From: Flectonema sp. DT1601
Lineage: Eukaryota
Assembly (NCBI GenBank): GCA_964019425.1
Contig: OZ025799.1
Coordinates: 1,054,001 to 1,118,000 of the forward strand
DNA: 64,000 nucleotides
Direction of reading: 5' to 3'
Shown here in pieces: positions 61,788 through 64,000 of this stretch (position 1 is its first letter; each line of letters opens with the position of its first letter). Both the position numbers and the translations under genes were made by a program. A model generated the notes under the pieces. The model saw only the letters and a program-made list of their open reading frames with translations, did no database searches and had not been told where the DNA came from.

Positions 61788-62675
61788 TGGAATTAGTAAA
61801 TATATTTTTTCTTGTTGTCACAGTTGGCAGTAATTGGTCCCATTCCTCTCCTTAGAAAACTCGCCCTTTTTTTTTTTTTTTTTTTTTTTTCCCCTCTTTT
61901 TTTTCTTTGCTGTGGCCGTCCCTCCTCCAGAGTAATATTTCTGCGTCGAAAAAAAAAAAAAAAAAACGAAAACGAAACAGATACAAAAAGATGTTGGCAC
62001 AACTTTTTTTTTTTTTTTTTTTTTAAATGCCTAGTTAAATATTTGTGTCACAGTTCGCATTCGAAGATTCATCAGATTCCCCCTTGTCCAGAAATATTGT
62101 TAGAGGGAGGCAGGGAAAAAAGTTAAACAAGGACACCTCAACACACAAATATATAAAAAAAAGAGAGTAATACCGCCTCCTTAACTGGGTGCACAGAAAT
62201 GGGAGAAGAAAAACTCTGTTTTTTCCCCCCACTTTTTTTTTTCGTAGGGGAGGGGACGAAAAAATAATGTCCTGAGCCCCTCTATCGTTACTTGTTTGTT
62301 TGGATTTTTTATTTTATTTTTTTCTCTTTTATGGTAGTTGCGTAGTCTGTTGTTGGTGAAGCTACAGCTCCCTATTAGAAGTTTCCACCCCGGCATCCCC
62401 TCTCCGCAAGTATATCTCTGTGTGAGCTGGGGCATTTAAAAAAAAAAAAAAAAAAAAAGTAAAAAGGAAAGACCGAGGGCATTTTCCTCCCCTCTTGTTT
62501 GTTTTTTTTGTGTCCTAATCCCTATATAGTATGTAACCCTGCTTTTTTTTTTATTTTTATTTTTATTTTGTTTGTCTGAATTTTTATGGAAAAAAAAAAA
62601 AAGGAGAGATTTAGTTTTGTGTAAACAAATAGAGTATTTTATTAAACAGGTGAGGTTGTGTCAACAACAGACGAA

Positions 62676-64000
62676 ATGAATACATACACTCAGTTAGTAG
62701 CTGTTTTGGTATTTATGCTACAGAGTACCGTTGCAGAAGACAACAGAATGGTCGCCTACGTCGGAAACTGGCAAGCATGTCCGACAACAACACAAACTAA
62801 TCAATACACTGAGCTCTTAATTGGTTTCGCTGTCACCTACACCTGGGCCGCTGCGAAGAACAATTGCAACGTCAACTGCGACATCATAACTCCAGTTCCG
62901 ATTTGTAATAATGCGGCTAACCCTGGACTTGTATCTCAATGGCAGGCAGCTGGTAAGAAAGTGATTCTCTCATTCGGAGGTGGAGGTATGGGAGGATCGT
63001 GGGATGGTAAGAACGACTGCTGGGAACACTGCTTCGGGAAGGAAGATCACGTCGTCAGTCAACTAAAACAGATTGTCAGAGATCAGAATTTCGATGGAGT
63101 GGATCTCGACTACGAGTATTACTATGAAAATGGTCAAAGAGGGTCTTCCTTCGCAAGAGGTACGGAAGCTCAAAAGTTCATCCGTGACGTGACTACAAAA
63201 CTGAAACAAGAACTTCCAGCAGGTAAACTTGTGACTCACGCACCTATGGATATTGATTTAGTATCTGGGACTGCATACTTTAATATTGTGAAGTCTATCT
63301 CTTCATCAATTGATTTCATAATGCCACAATATTACAATGGTGTTGTTGACTCTGCTGCTAATGGTTTCACTGGTGGAACTACATCAGGGATAGCACACTA
63401 CACAGCTCTTGTGAATGATGCATTCGGAGGAGATGCTACTAAAGTAGTTTATGGATTTTGTATCTCTCAATGTACTCCTGGAACTATTACTGGAGCTGCT
63501 GCTGCTGCTGTAGTTAAGGAAGTGAATACAAACTTTCCTTGTAACGGTGGGGCCTTCTTTTGGGTTGTTAATATGGACACTGGAGCTACTTGGTCAAGTG
63601 CTGTGAATGCTGAGGTTGCAGTCAACAGAGGATGCTCAACAGGAGGCACACAGGCTCCAGCCATTCCAACAACAGCGTCGCCACCAACACCTGTTCCTGT
63701 TCCAAAACCAACAACTACGGAAGATGGCAGAATGGTCGCCTACGTTGGAAACTGGCAGGCATGTCCGACAACAACACAAACTAATCAATACACTGAGCTC
63801 TTAATTGGTTTCGCTGTCACCTACACCTGGGCCGCTGCGAAGAACAATTGCAACGTCAACTGCGACATCATAACTCCAGTTCCGATTTGTAATAATGCGG
63901 CTAACCCTGGACTTGTATCTCAATGGCAGGCAGCTGGTAAGAAAGTGATTCTCTCATTCGGAGGTGGAGGTATGGGAGGATCATGGGATGGTAAGAACGA
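62676..64000 (+). CDS. Secreted GH18 chitinase-like protein with tandem catalytic domains (3' partial; absent from the ORF track)
   Basis: ATG 62676, signal peptide, KVILSFGG and catalytic FDGVDLDYE, Pro/Thr linker, second domain from about 63729; no stop before window end. Confidence 0.92.
   Translation, partial: MNTYTQLVAVLVFMLQSTVAEDNRMVAYVGNWQACPTTTQTNQYTELLIGFAVTYTWAAAKNNCNVNCDIITPVPICNNAANPGLVSQWQAAGKKVILSFGGGGMGGSWDGKNDCWEHCFGKEDHVVSQLKQIVRDQNFDGVDLDYEYYYENGQRGSSFARGTEAQKFIRDVTTKLKQELPAGKLVTHAPMDIDLVSGTAYFNIVKSISSSIDFIMPQYYNGVVDSAANGFTGGTTSGIAHYTALVNDAFGGDATKVVYGFCISQCTPGTITGAAAAAVVKEVNTNFPCNGGAFFWVVNMDTGATWSSAVNAEVAVNRGCSTGGTQAPAIPTTASPPTPVPVPKPTTTEDGRMVAYVGNWQACPTTTQTNQYTELLIGFAVTYTWAAAKNNCNVNCDIITPVPICNNAANPGLVSQWQAAGKKVILSFGGGGMGGSWDGKN

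Noticed and set aside
62650..62670. Possible 21-nt GT-AG micro-intron before the chitinase ATG
   Set aside because: Much shorter than the other introns (63 nt or more) and untestable in a UTR; may be alternative acceptors.
1..64000. tRNA, rRNA, SL RNA or spliceosomal snRNA genes; alternative genetic code
   Set aside because: No hallmark RNA sequences recognised by eye; long conserved ORFs translate cleanly with the standard code and all three stop codons are used.

Overview
AT-rich eukaryotic genomic DNA with long poly-A/poly-T tracts. About 20 credible protein genes all lie on the + strand, and five carry short GT-AG introns. One-strand gene order, cis-introns and a trypanosomatid-type mevalonate kinase point to a euglenozoan, most likely a diplonemid (inference). 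Recognisable genes: the 3' part of SF3B1, a CRAL-TRIO/Sec14 protein, a membrane RING-H2 E3 ligase, a DUF3431-like protein, a bacterial-type AGE-family sugar epimerase/isomerase, a GH78-like rhamnosidase, a WW/repeat protein, two giant paralogous Cys-rich/mucin-stalk/multi-TM surface proteins, EF-hand proteins, an ankyrin protein, mevalonate kinase and a tandem-domain GH18 chitinase running off the right end. Main observations: (1) all 12 inferred cis-introns end in A/C-rich tracts without an AG-proximal polypyrimidine tract, while several AGs upstream of start codons are pyrimidine-rich, a possible cis- versus trans-splicing code; (2) several small interspersed repeat families, two sharing a T-run+GTACC terminus, one with a filled versus empty site pair; (3) a PTS2-like signal on mevalonate kinase; (4) intron differences between the tandem surface-protein paralogs. 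All family calls come from motif recognition by eye; no searches were run, and repeat boundaries are approximate.
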